A DNA stretch of 50,754 bases, filler included, from Sphacelaria rigidula (lineage: Eukaryota): assembly GCA_964200075.2 (NCBI GenBank). It is 3 parts of 3 records of this genome, joined end to end, with 100 filler letters (N's around TTAATTAATTAA, not from the genome) between each part and the next. Parts side by side here need not be neighbours in the genome. Positions count along the whole stretch, not along the records: positions 1 to 16,855 come from CAXNAA020001234.1; 2 more parts are not named here. One strand, written 5' to 3'. The notes beneath the pieces are model-generated. The model was not told where the DNA came from. It worked only from the letters and a program-made list of their open reading frames with translations, and made no database searches. The position numbers and the translations under genes are program-made. Below are positions 1-13,193 of the stretch, piece by piece (position 1 is the first letter of the stretch; the number at the start of each line of letters is the position of its first letter).

Positions 1-1512
1 GTCGCTCGGGCTGCGCGGGGGGTCGCGCGGAGTGTCGGGGGGGGGGGGGGGTCGCGGTTGCATCATACCTCACCAATTGTGTGTCCGGAAACTATTCATT
101 TTCTGTTCCACAGTGAACCCATTCATGTACGCCAACGCAAACGTTTTTGAGTCCGTTTCGATGTACGGATGATCCTGCAGTACTCGTAACGACTGCAAAA
201 TCTTCGCAGTCTTACGGCAGGAAAAAAACGAAGTTCGGCAACGAGCGTATGTTCATACCCGTGAGAAGAAAAGGTATGTACTGTAGTTGAGTCGCCAAAA
301 ACTCAGATTTACCCTTTTGGGACGGACGAAAAACAGTACAAACTCCCATATGCGAGCTTTCGTCACCGCAAAAGCGTCACTTCGAGGTCGGCACACGAAT
401 TTGTCACATTAGTATACTCGAACTTAGAGTGGTGCACCGTTTGGGTGGGCTACATCATCAACAATGGTAGAAAAACAATCATATCCTGCTCGAGAAAACG
501 TCAGGTGGAAATCGCCATTTTTCCATCAACAATTCCGAAAAGGTTCAGAAAAAAAGGCGGGGGGAGAAACCCGACATGCATGGCCCACTCACGGCGAGAA
601 AACACAAGGTGAACAAGAAAAGGACGTTCGAGGTCAACGCTTTCCGAATATGTTCAACCGCTCGCATCCCATGCATTCACTTTTGAAAACATCGACCGAA
701 GATCTATAGTGCAGCACCCCAACTCACCCGAGAACCAACTCACGACAGAGCTAGCTACAGAGTGCACGGTAATGATCGCACTTGTTTGTACAAGTAGCGA
801 ACCCGTCGTACGTTTTTGCCGTATGATGGAACCACTGTCCGCGCGGTACGCACACACAAGGTGGTATATTTGATATGCACTGAAAATATGATGATGCTTG
901 GACACCGTATGCCACTTCCCACGTGAGATATCAGCAGCCCAGAATACAGCGATCGTTGAAGTGTAGGATACGCAGATATTGACGAAGTGCACACTTGATA
1001 GCAGCACGTTTGATCTACATTAACGCACACCACAACCGAAACCGCCTCTCTCGCCCCGGTGGTCGAAGTGGGGCACCATCGCCGATGTTGAGCGAAGTAA
1101 AAGTAGTGTGCCCGAATCCGAACAGGAACGGTTGAATGTACTGGCTTCCGTTGTGCGAAAGCGCGAGAACGCGAGTAAAAAAAAAAAAAGAAAAAATGGA
1201 CGGGCTGCCGCAGAGCTGACAGCAATCACCCACTGCTCGATAATATTTTGCAAGGCAGGCATCTAGGGAAGCGATCGGTCGACCTCTTCAGAGTACCGTC
1301 AGAGTACGGGCTCATCCCGAGCAAGGTGAGAGGTCGAGAGTACGAGGAAAAAACTGAACAAAAGTGAATCAGACCGTGCACTTCTGCCGGTGTATGGAAG
1401 AACTACGTTACCGTACGAGCAGAACGCATCAAACGCAGCGTTCTTGATCTGTAGTTGAAGAAAAAACCATCGTGCTGTGAAAGTACTGTACACCTCTCAC
1501 CCCCCGACTCAC

Positions 1513-2937
1513 CTGAGAACGATCAGCTCAGGACATAGCTCTTTGGCTTGCATCATGAACATGCCGCTCTTGACCCCCTTCGCTCTCGCCACGTAGTTGC
1601 AAGACGACACTTCGCTGCTACCTGCTCCCTTGGCGTTGCTCGCTGTTCGATTTCCAAACGCGGACGGCCCACAACACAAGAATGCATGCAAGCGTTTTTC
1701 TGTGAAAAATGTGTGACACGGGTCTAGAAATCCGTGAAACGCTCAGAGAACTAACGGAGCACACGACGAGTACACAAGTTGAACACAACTTTCCCTGCTC
1801 CCCACCGCGGGACGAAGAAAGAGTAAGAACGGAACCATTTGGTGTGCTAATTTAGTGGACAAAAAATTAAAGGAGTCAGAATGTGACACAAAGCACAAGT
1901 TTCTGCTAAAATACCGCACGTGCGCAAGACAAAAACAGCATGTTCTACTCAGTGCACATTTTCAGCGGTACATTTGATCGGTACGAGACAGATCATTCTG
2001 CCCGGTTTGCGCACTGAAAGCACACGCTTGATCTGCGGATGATCTGTTTCCGTCCTACATATAGAAGGTACGATGGAGCAAGGCTACGGTAGGGGTGCAC
2101 TTTTTAGCGCAAAATCTTGTTTGTTTTAGGAGCTCCTAAGGATTCTAATTGCACAAGAATATGGGTCAGGGTATCGCAGGTGCAAGTACATCCGGGATAT
2201 CCGCAGCACATTGGAACAGTAATCCTGACGTACTCTCGCATATCTCATAAGTCGTGTTTTGGATGAGATAAAGGGCTCGTAACAATTCCGACCTCAGAAA
2301 ATATTTATGCACCCCTACCGTCGCATCAAACGACGGCGAAATTCACCAAAGGTATATGGTTTCTACCCCCAAAAGATGATGACTTTACCCTGGCGTACTT
2401 CTTGGGAAAGAAAACACGCCTTGAGGTCCCCGGTCCACAGAAAATCGAAAAGAGATTACGGTACTGTACCACAGGAAATGTGCGGCCAGTACGGGATTCG
2501 TCATAAGCCTCAGAGGCTGTACTGGATTTCTACCTGCGGACGGGTGAATGTGTGAGAGTTTTATACATTCTTCTCAGACCCGCAGGCCATAGCGCTGAGA
2601 GAGTAAACCTCCTTGTAGTTCATGACGCGGTCTTGCCCCGGGAAACAGTATGCGCCGCCCCCCCTGTGCTCGCTCTTGAGCCATCTCCCACGCACTGATT
2701 GATACCCAGCGTGGTAATGCGCGAGTGATGGCATCGTTGGAAGAAATTGAACCTATCAGCAACCCCAGTCTATTCTTGTCTGGCCGACAGGCACACACCA
2801 ACCTCACGCGTGACCACTCGTTTCGGAAAGGGCAACATAGAAGGTTCGTTACCTCTTCACGTTTATCGGAAATCACAACTTCTTTTTTTTTTTGCAACAA
2901 AAACTACGCATCTACCTGACTAGAAGCACTCAACATC

Positions 2938-2981
<44 letters not shown>

Positions 2982-5900
2982 GCTATGGGCGACGGCAAGA
3001 GCCTTGTCTCGCAGTTCGGGCCTATTCCTGATCAACGCGCTCACGAAGAAACAATCCATGTCCACGTGCAAAATCACCCGACTTTCCCCACGCCCGAGAG
3101 GTCCATCGTACATAGGCTTCGCGGCTCCGGGGCGCGCCCTTGCGGCAAGTGCGGCGTTGACTATCTTCACTGCACGTGCTCGACTAATTTGATGTGCCGC
3201 GCAGCGGGGTGGCGGGGTGGCGGGGTGGCGGGGTGGCGGGGTGGCGGGGTGGCGGGGTGGCGGGGTGGCGGGGTGGCGGGGTGGCGGGGGAAAGTTGAAA
3301 ATAAGGAAACGATGGCACGGACAGGTAAAGGCATCACACGCTTTTGATATGCTCTTAGGCTGCTCTTGTAAGGACGCGAACAATGTTCAAGTGGATATTT
3401 GGAGTTGAGACATTAGGCCCTTCTTCAACCCTCAAAACAGGAAATATCGCCATGACGTGTTTAAGGTCGTTTCTTACGTTTTGTACTTTGTTGGGCTTGC
3501 ATTTTTTCACTTTTGAGACATTTGACACAGCTATTGGCCGCAAAACAAAGGGCGCTTTATTTTACAGCTGTGATTTTTCCAAGAAGCAGTTGTCGAGACC
3601 TCGGAGCCGTGCGAATCGGCAAAAGTGGGCTAGACCCCGCTCTCCCGGTGGGGCTACGCAAAGTGTCCAAGACGTGTGATGGCGATTTTCTATGTTTTGC
3701 TGCCAAAAACCGTGTCAATTGTCTCGAAACTGGAAAATACAAGCGCATAAAAATACGAACCATAAGAAACGGCCTTGGATGGACACTATGCATTCCCTCA
3801 CCGAGAGGGACCTAGCTTGTTTTTCCGAGTCGCTATTGCAGGCTGCTACGTTTGGCGAACGGCCACATGCCGAAAATCCCGACTGCCTATGGCAAAATGT
3901 GCACACGACCTCGAAATTGTGCAAACATCACCACAGGCACCGAACCTATTCCTGATCAGTTGGATCTTTTGGCACGTGATCATATGCAAAACCTAGCCGT
4001 CTGGCGAATCGTAAACGTTGGCTAGGCTCCTCACGGTGCATAGTATCCACGGCACATGATGTCGATGTTTTTTACTTTGGGTGTTGAAAACGGTGCTGGG
4101 TATCCCAGAATTAAAACATTCCTGGTTTGATTGATCGATCGTCGCACTTTAAGTGACTCTTCAGGGATCCAGCCGTGGTCGTTATCCACATGACAGACGT
4201 ACCCGAGACAAAACAACACTGAAAAACTCGCTGAAGAAAAGAGAAGAAACAGAAAAAGGTAAAAGAGAACAAGAGATGAAAACATTCGATATCCCAAAAG
4301 GGGGACACACCAAAACGAGAACAAGAACTGTCGGCACAAGTTAAGCGCTGCACACTTTGACATACGTAGCAGCTGGGTACATCGTATCACGGTTATAGTC
4401 ATGGCGCAGAGGCACGCCGCCCCGGATATAAACTCTCCAACACGTTTTTGGCGTACAGTACCGCAACTCGCGGGGTGCGTGAAGGCGTCAATAATTGTCT
4501 GCTTGATTTCTGCTCAAGTGTTATACGGGGGATTACGGCATATGAGTACATAATTGGTATCCGGCATCAGCATATAATCGGCAGTGCCACACGTGTTCTC
4601 ATAAATCAATGTGCTTAGACTAGAGGACGTCCATGCCATACCCACTATACTACACCGCTGGATCGTCTGCATCGACCTTGTGCATCTTACTCGCAAGACC
4701 TCGAAGGCGAGTTGTGTGAAAACCCAAAAAGGCGTCATCGGCAAGGCCCTAAATTCTCACCCGACGCCTATGTAGTGAAGCCTGGAGGCCTGAAAAAATG
4801 TCTCCATGAATTTGGGATCATTCTTCGTGCTTCGCCCTCCTTCACCGGCTGCTCCCATGCCCAAAATCTCAAACGGCGGAGGGAGTGGGGCCCGAGCACT
4901 TTCGGGTCTACGTACCGAGCTGTCACCGTCCCCGACGCCACTCCCAGCACTTTTCCCATGATCAGGACCACTTCCAAGACCATTCTCAGCTTCCTTCCCT
5001 GCACCGTTCTGAGGATTGTTCCCGGGAAAAGCCTCAAGTCCAGCCCTAGGAGCATTCCCAGAAACAGGGTTACCAGACGGTCTCACACAATCGTTGCCAT
5101 TGGAAGTAGTGTCAAGCGGTTGCGTCGGCAAAGTAGAGGGTGGCCCGCTACCAGGTGTCCTAGACTGCTGCGTCGCATTCTCGTCATCCCCTCCGCCCCT
5201 ATCCAGCAAACCTTGCGGCGGTGCAGACATCCCGTCAACCAAGATATCACTTCCCCGATTGCTTCTCCCCGCGGCTGCAGCAGCCGCAGCACGCTCGTGG
5301 CCAGCACGGAAGGTGTGCTGCTCCCGCCCTTCAGCCGATGATTCCCCGGTGTTATCCGTCCCTCTCTCCTGCACATCTCGCGAACCCGTTGTTTTGACTG
5401 GAAAACCACCACCGCCGCCCCTCTCCGACAGATCCCAACTGCTCACAAGACCGCTCCCGTTTCTGTCGGCGGCCTGGTTCCCCGGGAACGACCCGTCTGA
5501 TGAGAAATAAGACTCACCCGGGTTGGATTGCTTGCCTTGCTGGCGAATACCCGGATCGGGCAGGATGCCTACACCGCTCCGGTCCTTCCGCAGATGTGCC
5601 TGATGTTGCCCGCGGGCTTCACACGGGCTCTCACCCACCTGGTGCTTGCTCAAATGTTGCGTGGATTGTGACTGTGGACTGTGTCTAACGGAGTTCGGAC
5701 GTTCTTGGAAGGATTTTGTGGGTACAATGCCGGGTTGCGTGGCCATCTTCCCGGATTGTGAGTGTATGCCGCTGGACTCTGCGCGCGCCGTGCTGGATTG
5801 TGAGTGTCCTTCGCCGGACTGTGTGCGCGCCTTCTTGCCGGATTGAGAGCCCCCATCGCCGTACTGTATGCTCTCGTTGCCGGAATGTGAGCTCGTCTCA

Positions 5901-8900
5901 CCGGATTCCGTCAGTGCCTTCCCGGATTGTGAGTGTGTTCCACCGGTTTGTGTGCGAGTCTCGCCGCGTCGCGAGTGCTGAGTGTCAGTAGCGGGTGGCA
6001 TAGAAGTAGAAGGAGATGGTTTTGCCACCGTACCGAACGCAGCAGCTAATGTTGTCTTCTGTACAAAAACTCCGTCCACCATGTATTCCGCCGTGGGGAG
6101 TTTACGCCGGGCGCGTACGGAATCCACCACCCACGCAGACCGGACCACGGTGGGCGGATGGCGTAGCTGAAACAAGATCCGCCAGGAGAGAGAGAGGGAA
6201 GCGCGAGAGCATCATAAGCTTCGCGGTTGTCCAGGGATGATCCAGATATAAGGGATTTGGTCTGTAACCAGCAACAATGCCAAGCTACCAACGCTTGTGA
6301 GCCGCCTTCATGTACATCGGATCGTACGGTTTTCTGTTGATATTCCCTCTGCTTCTCGTTTTCAGTTTCCTCTGTTTGTGTTCTCTCCCTTTTTTATCTC
6401 TCCTTTCTCGAGTCCCTTTGATTTCCCACCCATGCAGCTTGGGTACGTCTATATGGTAACCATTGCTGGGTTCGTAACGGATGGGCTGATATGCGATAGT
6501 TTATGAATCAAGTGCGCAGCTACTGCTCACAATGCCACACACGAAGTTTTCAATTTACGTACATCGATCTTCGTCAAGCACAAACACGGCGCAAAAATTC
6601 GCCCAAGAAGATTACGAAGAAAAAAACAGATGCCAAAACAGGAAGAGCTAATTCATGAAACAACGGCGGTCATTTTCAGTCGCGTGGAGGCAACAGCTTG
6701 GACACAGCGCGGACGAGCTAGTTCGTCTTGCCTTTTGTGGTGTTAGATTTTGACCCGATGGCGGGTGCTGCGGTAGAAGAACACTGCGAAGAGGGTATAA
6801 GCTGGTCTGCGCTCTGCTTGTGCGTGTGAAACTCTGTGCGAGTTCACGCACGCCTTGCTCAGTTATCGCACTTAGGCACGAGGTAAAACAAGTATTTTTC
6901 GGCAACTTTAATGCTCTCGGCGCCCGTGCCGAGAGTCCCCCTCAACCCTTTTGTGGTGTAGCGTACCTTCCTAAGCTCTCGTATCTTCGCGTACGGTAGG
7001 GACTCGCAGATCACGTGCGTACATTTGGAGGTGTTGTAGGCTTCCACCACCCCACTCCGAGCGTTGAGCATTTCTCGAATGGATGCCACTGGCACCTTTG
7101 TGTAACCGTTGATGTGCGCCACAACTCCCTTGAAGAGCCCACCCTCTGGTCCTGACAAACCCAGCCACATGCATGCACCGATTCCGAGGAAAAATAGACA
7201 GCTCAACATAATCAAGCAGGGATATCACGACAGTCTTAATATTGAGTGTGGAGCCATGGGTATCATCCACGGGTCGGACAAACTAATGATTCGTCTGGAA
7301 AACACGTGATTTTAGTGTGATTGACTCGTACCGTACGAATCAATCCTTAGGCTTTGTTTTCAGCGTTGCAACCCAGGTGCCCACAGCCCAGGCACATGGA
7401 ATGGCGCGAAAATTGCGCGGGGACCTTTTTGACCAGCGGTCAACTTTTTTTTCTGTTTTTGGAGCAATCAGGCCTGAAAAATCGTGGGTTTGGTGATTCG
7501 AACCCGCGACGATTCGTCTGAACCGTGGTATCATAGTTTCTGCACTATTGCCACTCCTTATACCGACGTGAATAAAAAATATAGAACGACGAGAGGAGAT
7601 GAAATGAGGGAGGGTACGTTACAGTGATGGTCCTCCGGAACAGCACCCAAGGAACTCAGGTATGCGTTGCGTAACACCAAAACGTGATGAAAAATTATAC
7701 TTTGCGGGTCCGAGGATTCACTTATTCGCTCAGATACGATGATCTGACGGGACCGAAAACTATTGTGGGTAGAATGCTGGCGCAACGTGTACTGTTCCGA
7801 CGAACACAAAGCACATTGCCGGTCGAAGTATCGAAAAGTATACGGACCGGCAACTGTAACTTCAAGAGACATTCACCAATATAGCATTATGCGAGTGTTT
7901 TTTTTGCACTTTAAAACCTTCCCCTTCCTCGGGACGAGTCCGTGGTCTAACAGTCTCAAGGGATCAATCCATCTCTCCCCGGTACACGCCTTGCATTTTG
8001 GTCTCGCGGATTGGGTCATGACTATTAGCACGCCCGCACCGCGTCAACTCACGTCAAACAAACTCACTCGACTACTTTGTTTGCTCACGTTCTCACGCTT
8101 TCCACGGTGGAAATCAGATACTACGAAGAAAAAATTCAACGCGTCGGGAATCGAACTCTCGTTCTCTCCCCCCTAATGGCGACAGTCGGACCATTACACC
8201 ACCGGGGTACGGCGGGATGTTTGTCGTCGGAAAATGTATTAAGACGTTATCCTGACACAATATTTTCGATTGAAAAAGTGCCATGGAAAAGAAAAGTTTC
8301 GATTTGATAGGTCAACCGCATTTCTGCTCCTAGCTGGATTCAACTATTTCGATAATTAGTGGCGCGCGGACAGGAGGGAAAGCATGCCTAAGCCAGGATT
8401 TTTCGACCGAAAAGATGCGGAGAAAGGGCACAAAGGGCACTTGGCTACTTTTGCGGACCACGCCGGATACCACCCGTGCACGGAACCATGCAAACCCCAC
8501 ACGATTCATTCTCAGCTACCACCGCAACCTTGCAGCATAGAGCACGAGTTGAGTACAGGGATAGATATATTGCAGTGGTTGGGTATGATTGTTTAGTTCT
8601 TGTTCGCGAAAACTTGATTGAGTATCTTCTATGAAGGGAGGGGTTGTCGACGGAACTGCGTGGTAGGGTGGGCGACCGACTTGCGTACACGCTTTTAGAC
8701 AGTGCAGGCAGTACAAAACTGCACGTTGTTCAAGCCCTTTTCACGTCGCATTGTATGCAGAGAGTACAAATAGTCCCGTGCTGTCTGCACTGCACGTTGT
8801 CTGTCCGCTTCTTCACATCTTACCGTACGCAGCACGCGGACACACTCAAACGCACTGTACACAGATAGTAAGGACAGCACAGTGTTGTACTGTAGACAAG

Positions 8901-10381
8901 CGAAAAAGTACCGCTTCACGAATTTCACTGTCTTTTTTCGATCGAAAGCTTGCAATTTGCTGAGACCCACGAAAAATGAACGAATTCGCTCAAATCAATT
9001 CCACCGCTTTTTTTTTCGATCGAAAAATAATGTGCAAAGACACGCCCTTACGAAACGATGCCGACATTGAAACAGCAAAACTCTCGACAACTTCAAACAT
9101 TCCCCGAGATACGTCGTTGTGAAACAGCAACACTTTCCAGAACCAGGACTAGGACCACTACCGCTCGAATGACCATTCCCAGCGCCATTCCCAGGAGCAA
9201 TCGCAGTATGTTCAAACCTCAGCTGGGATGGTTAAAAACACCCACTCCACGTAGTGTATTTGGAGGTTCACAGCATCCGCGGCAGTATATACCTTGAAGG
9301 CGAGGCACGGTGCCATCAGTCTGCTGTCTGAGCTTGCTTATTTTGTGCGCCATGTAAATGCCGAAGCTGCCCTCATGATGTTCGCCTAACGCCACCGCAC
9401 GCCCTGCCGGCTCTCCTGTCAGACAATATGAGCGGGACAGTAGTTACCGCTGGGTCGATTGTAGCAGCTTGCGTGAATATATGCAAACGACAGTTGGTCG
9501 TTTTCCAATCCTATCCATATTACGTGCTTCATTGAGCGAGTATTTCTGAGTAGTTCGCGGGTAATATCATCGCATTTTTTATGAAGTGAGTGGAGCTTAA
9601 CCCTTTGACCGCCCAAGCATATCCATTTGTTGGATTGGCATCATGTTGAATAGATAGATGGCAGTCGGACTCAGATGATCATCTGCGGGCGCTCGAGCGG
9701 TCAATCCTTCGATATCCGCTGATGCAAATGCAGGTATCCTTTGTGGCCGAGAGAGGTATTGTAACATGCGAGTGGTTGAATCAAGATAGAGGGAGATAGT
9801 CGAAGAACAAATAATTGAGAGTCACTTGGACTATCATAGATATTCTTTGATACCTAGAAGACCCGAGATCGATTTTCTACCAAGCGCGGTACTGGTACGT
9901 TTCTATCCTCGCCAATGATTAGTAAAGAACAAGTGCTCGAAGGTAAGGGGCTTCATGCACTCGCTATGCAATTCCACTTTGTGCGATCAGACCAAATGAC
10001 CGACCGATGACTTCGTGTGGTAATACTATGTATGCGCTGATTGTCTTTTGGCGCTACCTAATACCACTATGCGGGAGCATATAACGTACCTTGAGAGTCA
10101 CCGCCGCTGTCCAGCAACGCTTTAACCGTTCCCTCTTCTAGCGCTTGCGGGCTAACCGTCGCCGTTTCGGGGGAACGTGGAAGTACCCCGACTACTCCTG
10201 CTGCCGATGCCGGCAGCTGAAGTGGGCTCCCGACGCCACCATTTGACCTCTGGCCTGCATCATCACCATTTTGGATTGCTGAAGGCTGGCTGCCAGTTTG
10301 AGGCCTGCCTCCACCCCACCTCAATGTCTTGGCGCTAAGTCTCTCTTTCAGTATGGCTTTCGGATCGCTGTGACGCTTCAT
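1513..10381 (-). CDS. REV1: REV1 Y-family translesion DNA polymerase / deoxycytidyl transferase, multi-exon, 3'-partial
   Basis: Six phase-compatible GT-AG exons: 10381-10090 (ATG, low-complexity N-term); 9415-9293 (SFGIYMAHKISKLRQQ, REV1 N-terminal motif); 7151-6967 (BRCT: LFKGVVAHINGYT...THVICESLPYAKI); 6166-4761 (BRCT end WVVDSV, long disordered linker, FFQASRLHYIG); 3183-2981 (catalytic ILHVDMDCFFVS...AVAHS); 1642-1513 (SEVSSCNYVARAKGVKSGMFMMQAKELCPEL; an alternative in-phase acceptor at 1621 is possible). Later exons were not found in the window. Confidence 0.93.
2940..2980. repeat. (CA)n microsatellite forming the start of a REV1 intron
   Basis: About 20 CA units. On the minus strand the first GT is the splice donor of exon 3183-2981. 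Confidence 0.95.
3203..3290 (+). repeat. (GGGGTGGC)n G-rich minisatellite, potential G-quadruplex
   Basis: About 10 perfect 8-bp units, each with a G4 run. Confidence 0.9.
4125..4330 (-). mobile_element. Dispersed retroposon 3'-end family with (AATC)n tail (representative copy)
   Basis: Core resembles GACCACGGCTGGATCC...GATCAGTTAATGTGCGACAATCAATCAATC, preceded by a T-rich tract. Related copies lie at ~6330-6510, 18540-18737, 24650-24820, 25087-25260, 26190-26347, 27250-27420 and 29228-29430, plus a partial one near 44860. Confidence 0.65.
7907..8209 (-). mobile_element. tRNA-derived SINE, copy 1 (REV1 intron)
   Basis: Minus strand starts CCCCGGTGGTGTAATGGTCCGAC (A box) ... GAGTTCGATTCCCG (B box). 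The ~230-bp body is homologous to 21990-22277 and ends in an A-rich tail. Confidence 0.8.
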
Positions 10382-12083
10382 GTTGGTGATGAAGGAGTGT
10401 GGATTTGTGCCTACGATGCATAGTCTGGGCGATGGGCAAGGAGCGCGTGCGTCAAGGGCGGAGTTGGGGAAACAAGGAAAACCGTACGGTACAACGGCAG
10501 TCCTCGTCGCACGCTGTGCGAATTTGAGGTTTATTTAGTGTGCACAGATATCGAACGATCGCGTAATATCGTCATATAGTTTGGTGAGCCTGCGTCAACT
10601 GCATCATAGCAATACTGTAAAGTACTTGGTTTGCGGGCGGATCGTGTGATATATCAACTTTTACATATACTACTAGACCCTACGCTGAACAGTCTCTCGC
10701 GGCCATCATACCGAGGCCTTTCAGAAAACACACAACTATCGGTGTTTCTTGTATCGGTACTCAAGGATATAGTTTTTTCATCAGGGAGGGAGAGAGCAGT
10801 GGTGCTGTACTACTGTTTAGTCGGAAAGCGATGTGTACGACGATACAACAGCAGAACATCGCAACAGTACAGAACGTTACGACTACGACTACAGGTGCTT
10901 GGCAAGTATGGAAATAGCAACAGCAGCAATGCGACATTGTCGGAATACCACAGCGTCAATGGCCAAAAAGAAGTAGCACCTTCTATCAGACTTCGACGAT
11001 ATATTTCGATACAATTGATCCCTCGACTGCACAAGTCATGTTGTCGAGAAAGTCGAGTTTGAAAGTGGGAAAGGAGCCACCTGGGGGTGTTATACCACGT
11101 TACATACTTCACCAGCTACGAAACACAAAATATCTATATCAAAACACGTATAACCTGTTCGCTTCTCACTCACAGGTGTCAAGGTTCCCCTTCCATGATT
11201 CTTGGCGCATCCAATCCCGAACGCGATGAAAAACACGGAAACTCTCGACCTTCAAGCATCGAACGCACTACGAGTGTGACTAGCGGGAGTTCCGCCGCAA
11301 ATTTGTGATTATGATATGACAATACGAATATCTAGCTATGGGGCAGGACGAAAAATGCACCAGACCAACTACTTGTACCCACACTGCACATACATGGTAA
11401 GAGTGTAGGTTCTGTTCAAGAAGCGAACAGTCTGTTCGCTTCCTGAACAGGTTCGAGTCCAGTGTAGCACAGGAATCACTTGCGTAGCATGTTTATTTGT
11501 TTTATTGCGATGGTCTGTAGTTCCAGTTAACACCGGATATTTCCATAACATGTGACTGTGCTCTCCCCCTGTTTTGCGCTGCACTATTTCACTGGCTATA
11601 TGCCGTTGTACCAGCCGGAGGAATGTACGCATATGATCATGTATATCACCCCTGAGTAGAAGGGTATTTTCAACGCCAGCCCCCTTGAGAGAACGACGCC
11701 TCACAGTTAAGATAATAACTTGCATAAACAAAGATCAGTGAATCCCTTCTTTTGACACGAACTTTGGCAGTGATGTGCACTCATCCTCGAGTGAATCGAG
11801 GTTGTATACAGACATCCCTTGGGGGTGTTATACATCGTCACATTGGCCAAGTTCAACTTCAGTGTAACGGTTTCTCCTCATCATGCCGTCATGTTCTCGG
11901 AAATGGGCAGGTGCAAAATCAAATCACGACAAGCCACATCCAACCGCTAGTGCAACAACTGCATCTCGTAACAGCACTTCTACCCGCAACCACATAAAAG
12001 CTCGGCAGAAGTAAGATACAAAGCCTTGCATCGTGTCTCAGTCCTGCATCAGTTGCCTCGTCTACTCGTTCCTATCGTACGGC

Positions 12084-13193
12084 ATGGGCGACAAGAATCC
12101 AGGTTGCAGCGAGTGCGGAGATACCGCAAGAGCCATCATGACGGAGCAAACGGACACCAGATACAACACGACTCCGAGCAAATCCCCGACACCACCGCCG
12201 TCAAAGCCACCCCGGGTCCCCACCGAACAACAGCAAGACGGTCGCCAAGCCACCGCAAAAGTCGCAGCCGCCGAACGCTCGCCGTCCCCTGACACAGCGC
12301 GGGTGCTAAGGATTCGTGGTATTCTTGACCGGCATTCCGTGGGAGTCCATAATGATACTATGGATCTGAAAGTTTTTAGCCATACCTTGTGCGCCAGTGG
12401 CAGCGCCTGCGTCGGTGGTGGCGGTGGAGATGGGAAGAGACCCCGGCCGCCACCACCGGCCGCCACGGCAAGCCATAGAACGCCGATAGATGCTCCACGT
12501 TCTTCAGACTCTTGTCATATTGGTGGTTTCGGAACCAGTAGTCGAGGTGATGGAGGCGATGGCGTCCACTCGGTATGTGTGCCCTGCATGCGATGGGAGC
12601 AGGACATGACTCGGACCAACAGCGGCGGTGGCGGCGACAACCGGCGCGCGCCCACATCATGCCAGCGGATGCGGCGCTCGTCGAGTTGCCCTACGCGGCG
12701 CAGCGGCCAGTTCGCGAAGTCTGCCAGATTGACGAAGGAACAGCGGAGCGTGGGTCGTGATGATGGTGGAGGAGGTGGTGGTGGTAGTGAGTGCGGCAGC
12801 AGCAGCGGAGGTAGCGTCAGGGGCAGTAACCTCAGGTTTTTGATGGAGAGCGCTGTTGACAATCTCAGCGGGGTGATTGGCGAGTTTCAGCAAGGCATCC
12901 GCGCGGTTGAATATGAAGACGGGGATCTTGCTGCGAAAAATGGACACTTGCATATCGCGAAGAACGTCGCGGTGAGATTTACGCTTGAGGCTATGACACT
13001 CGCGGCCTCTCGAGGACACCTGGAGATGCTCGTGTTTTTGCATGAAACGCGCAAGGAGGGGACAACTGTAGATGCCATGGACATGGGTGCAACGTTCGGG
13101 CACTTGGAGGTCGTTCGGTTCTTGCACCTCAACCGCACCGAGGGTTGTACGACGAGGGCGATGGACGGAGCTGCCCGCAATGCGCACATCAAT
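12084..13193 (+). CDS. Ankyrin-repeat protein, first exon (start ATG 12084 or 12138), 3'-partial
   Basis: Long ORF with a Gly/Ser/Pro-rich N-term followed by ankyrin repeats (AMTLAASRGHLEMLVFLHETRKEGTTVDAMDMGATFGHLEVVRFLHLNRTEGCTTRAMDGAARNAHIN). Repeat similarity stops at the donor AAT|GTGAGA at 13193. No downstream exon was identified before the contig end. Confidence 0.82.

Noticed and set aside
4712..5991. Several long plus-strand ORFs
   Set aside because: Antisense shadows of the GC-rich REV1 exon.
8130..8209. tRNA gene
   Set aside because: The anticodon and acceptor arms do not form properly, and homology with 21990-22277 extends ~230 bp beyond the head, so it was called a SINE.
8238..9049. 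Possible older TAA/TTA-flanked MITE with TTTTCGATCGAAAA repeats
   Set aside because: Terminal similarity is too degenerate to define boundaries by eye.
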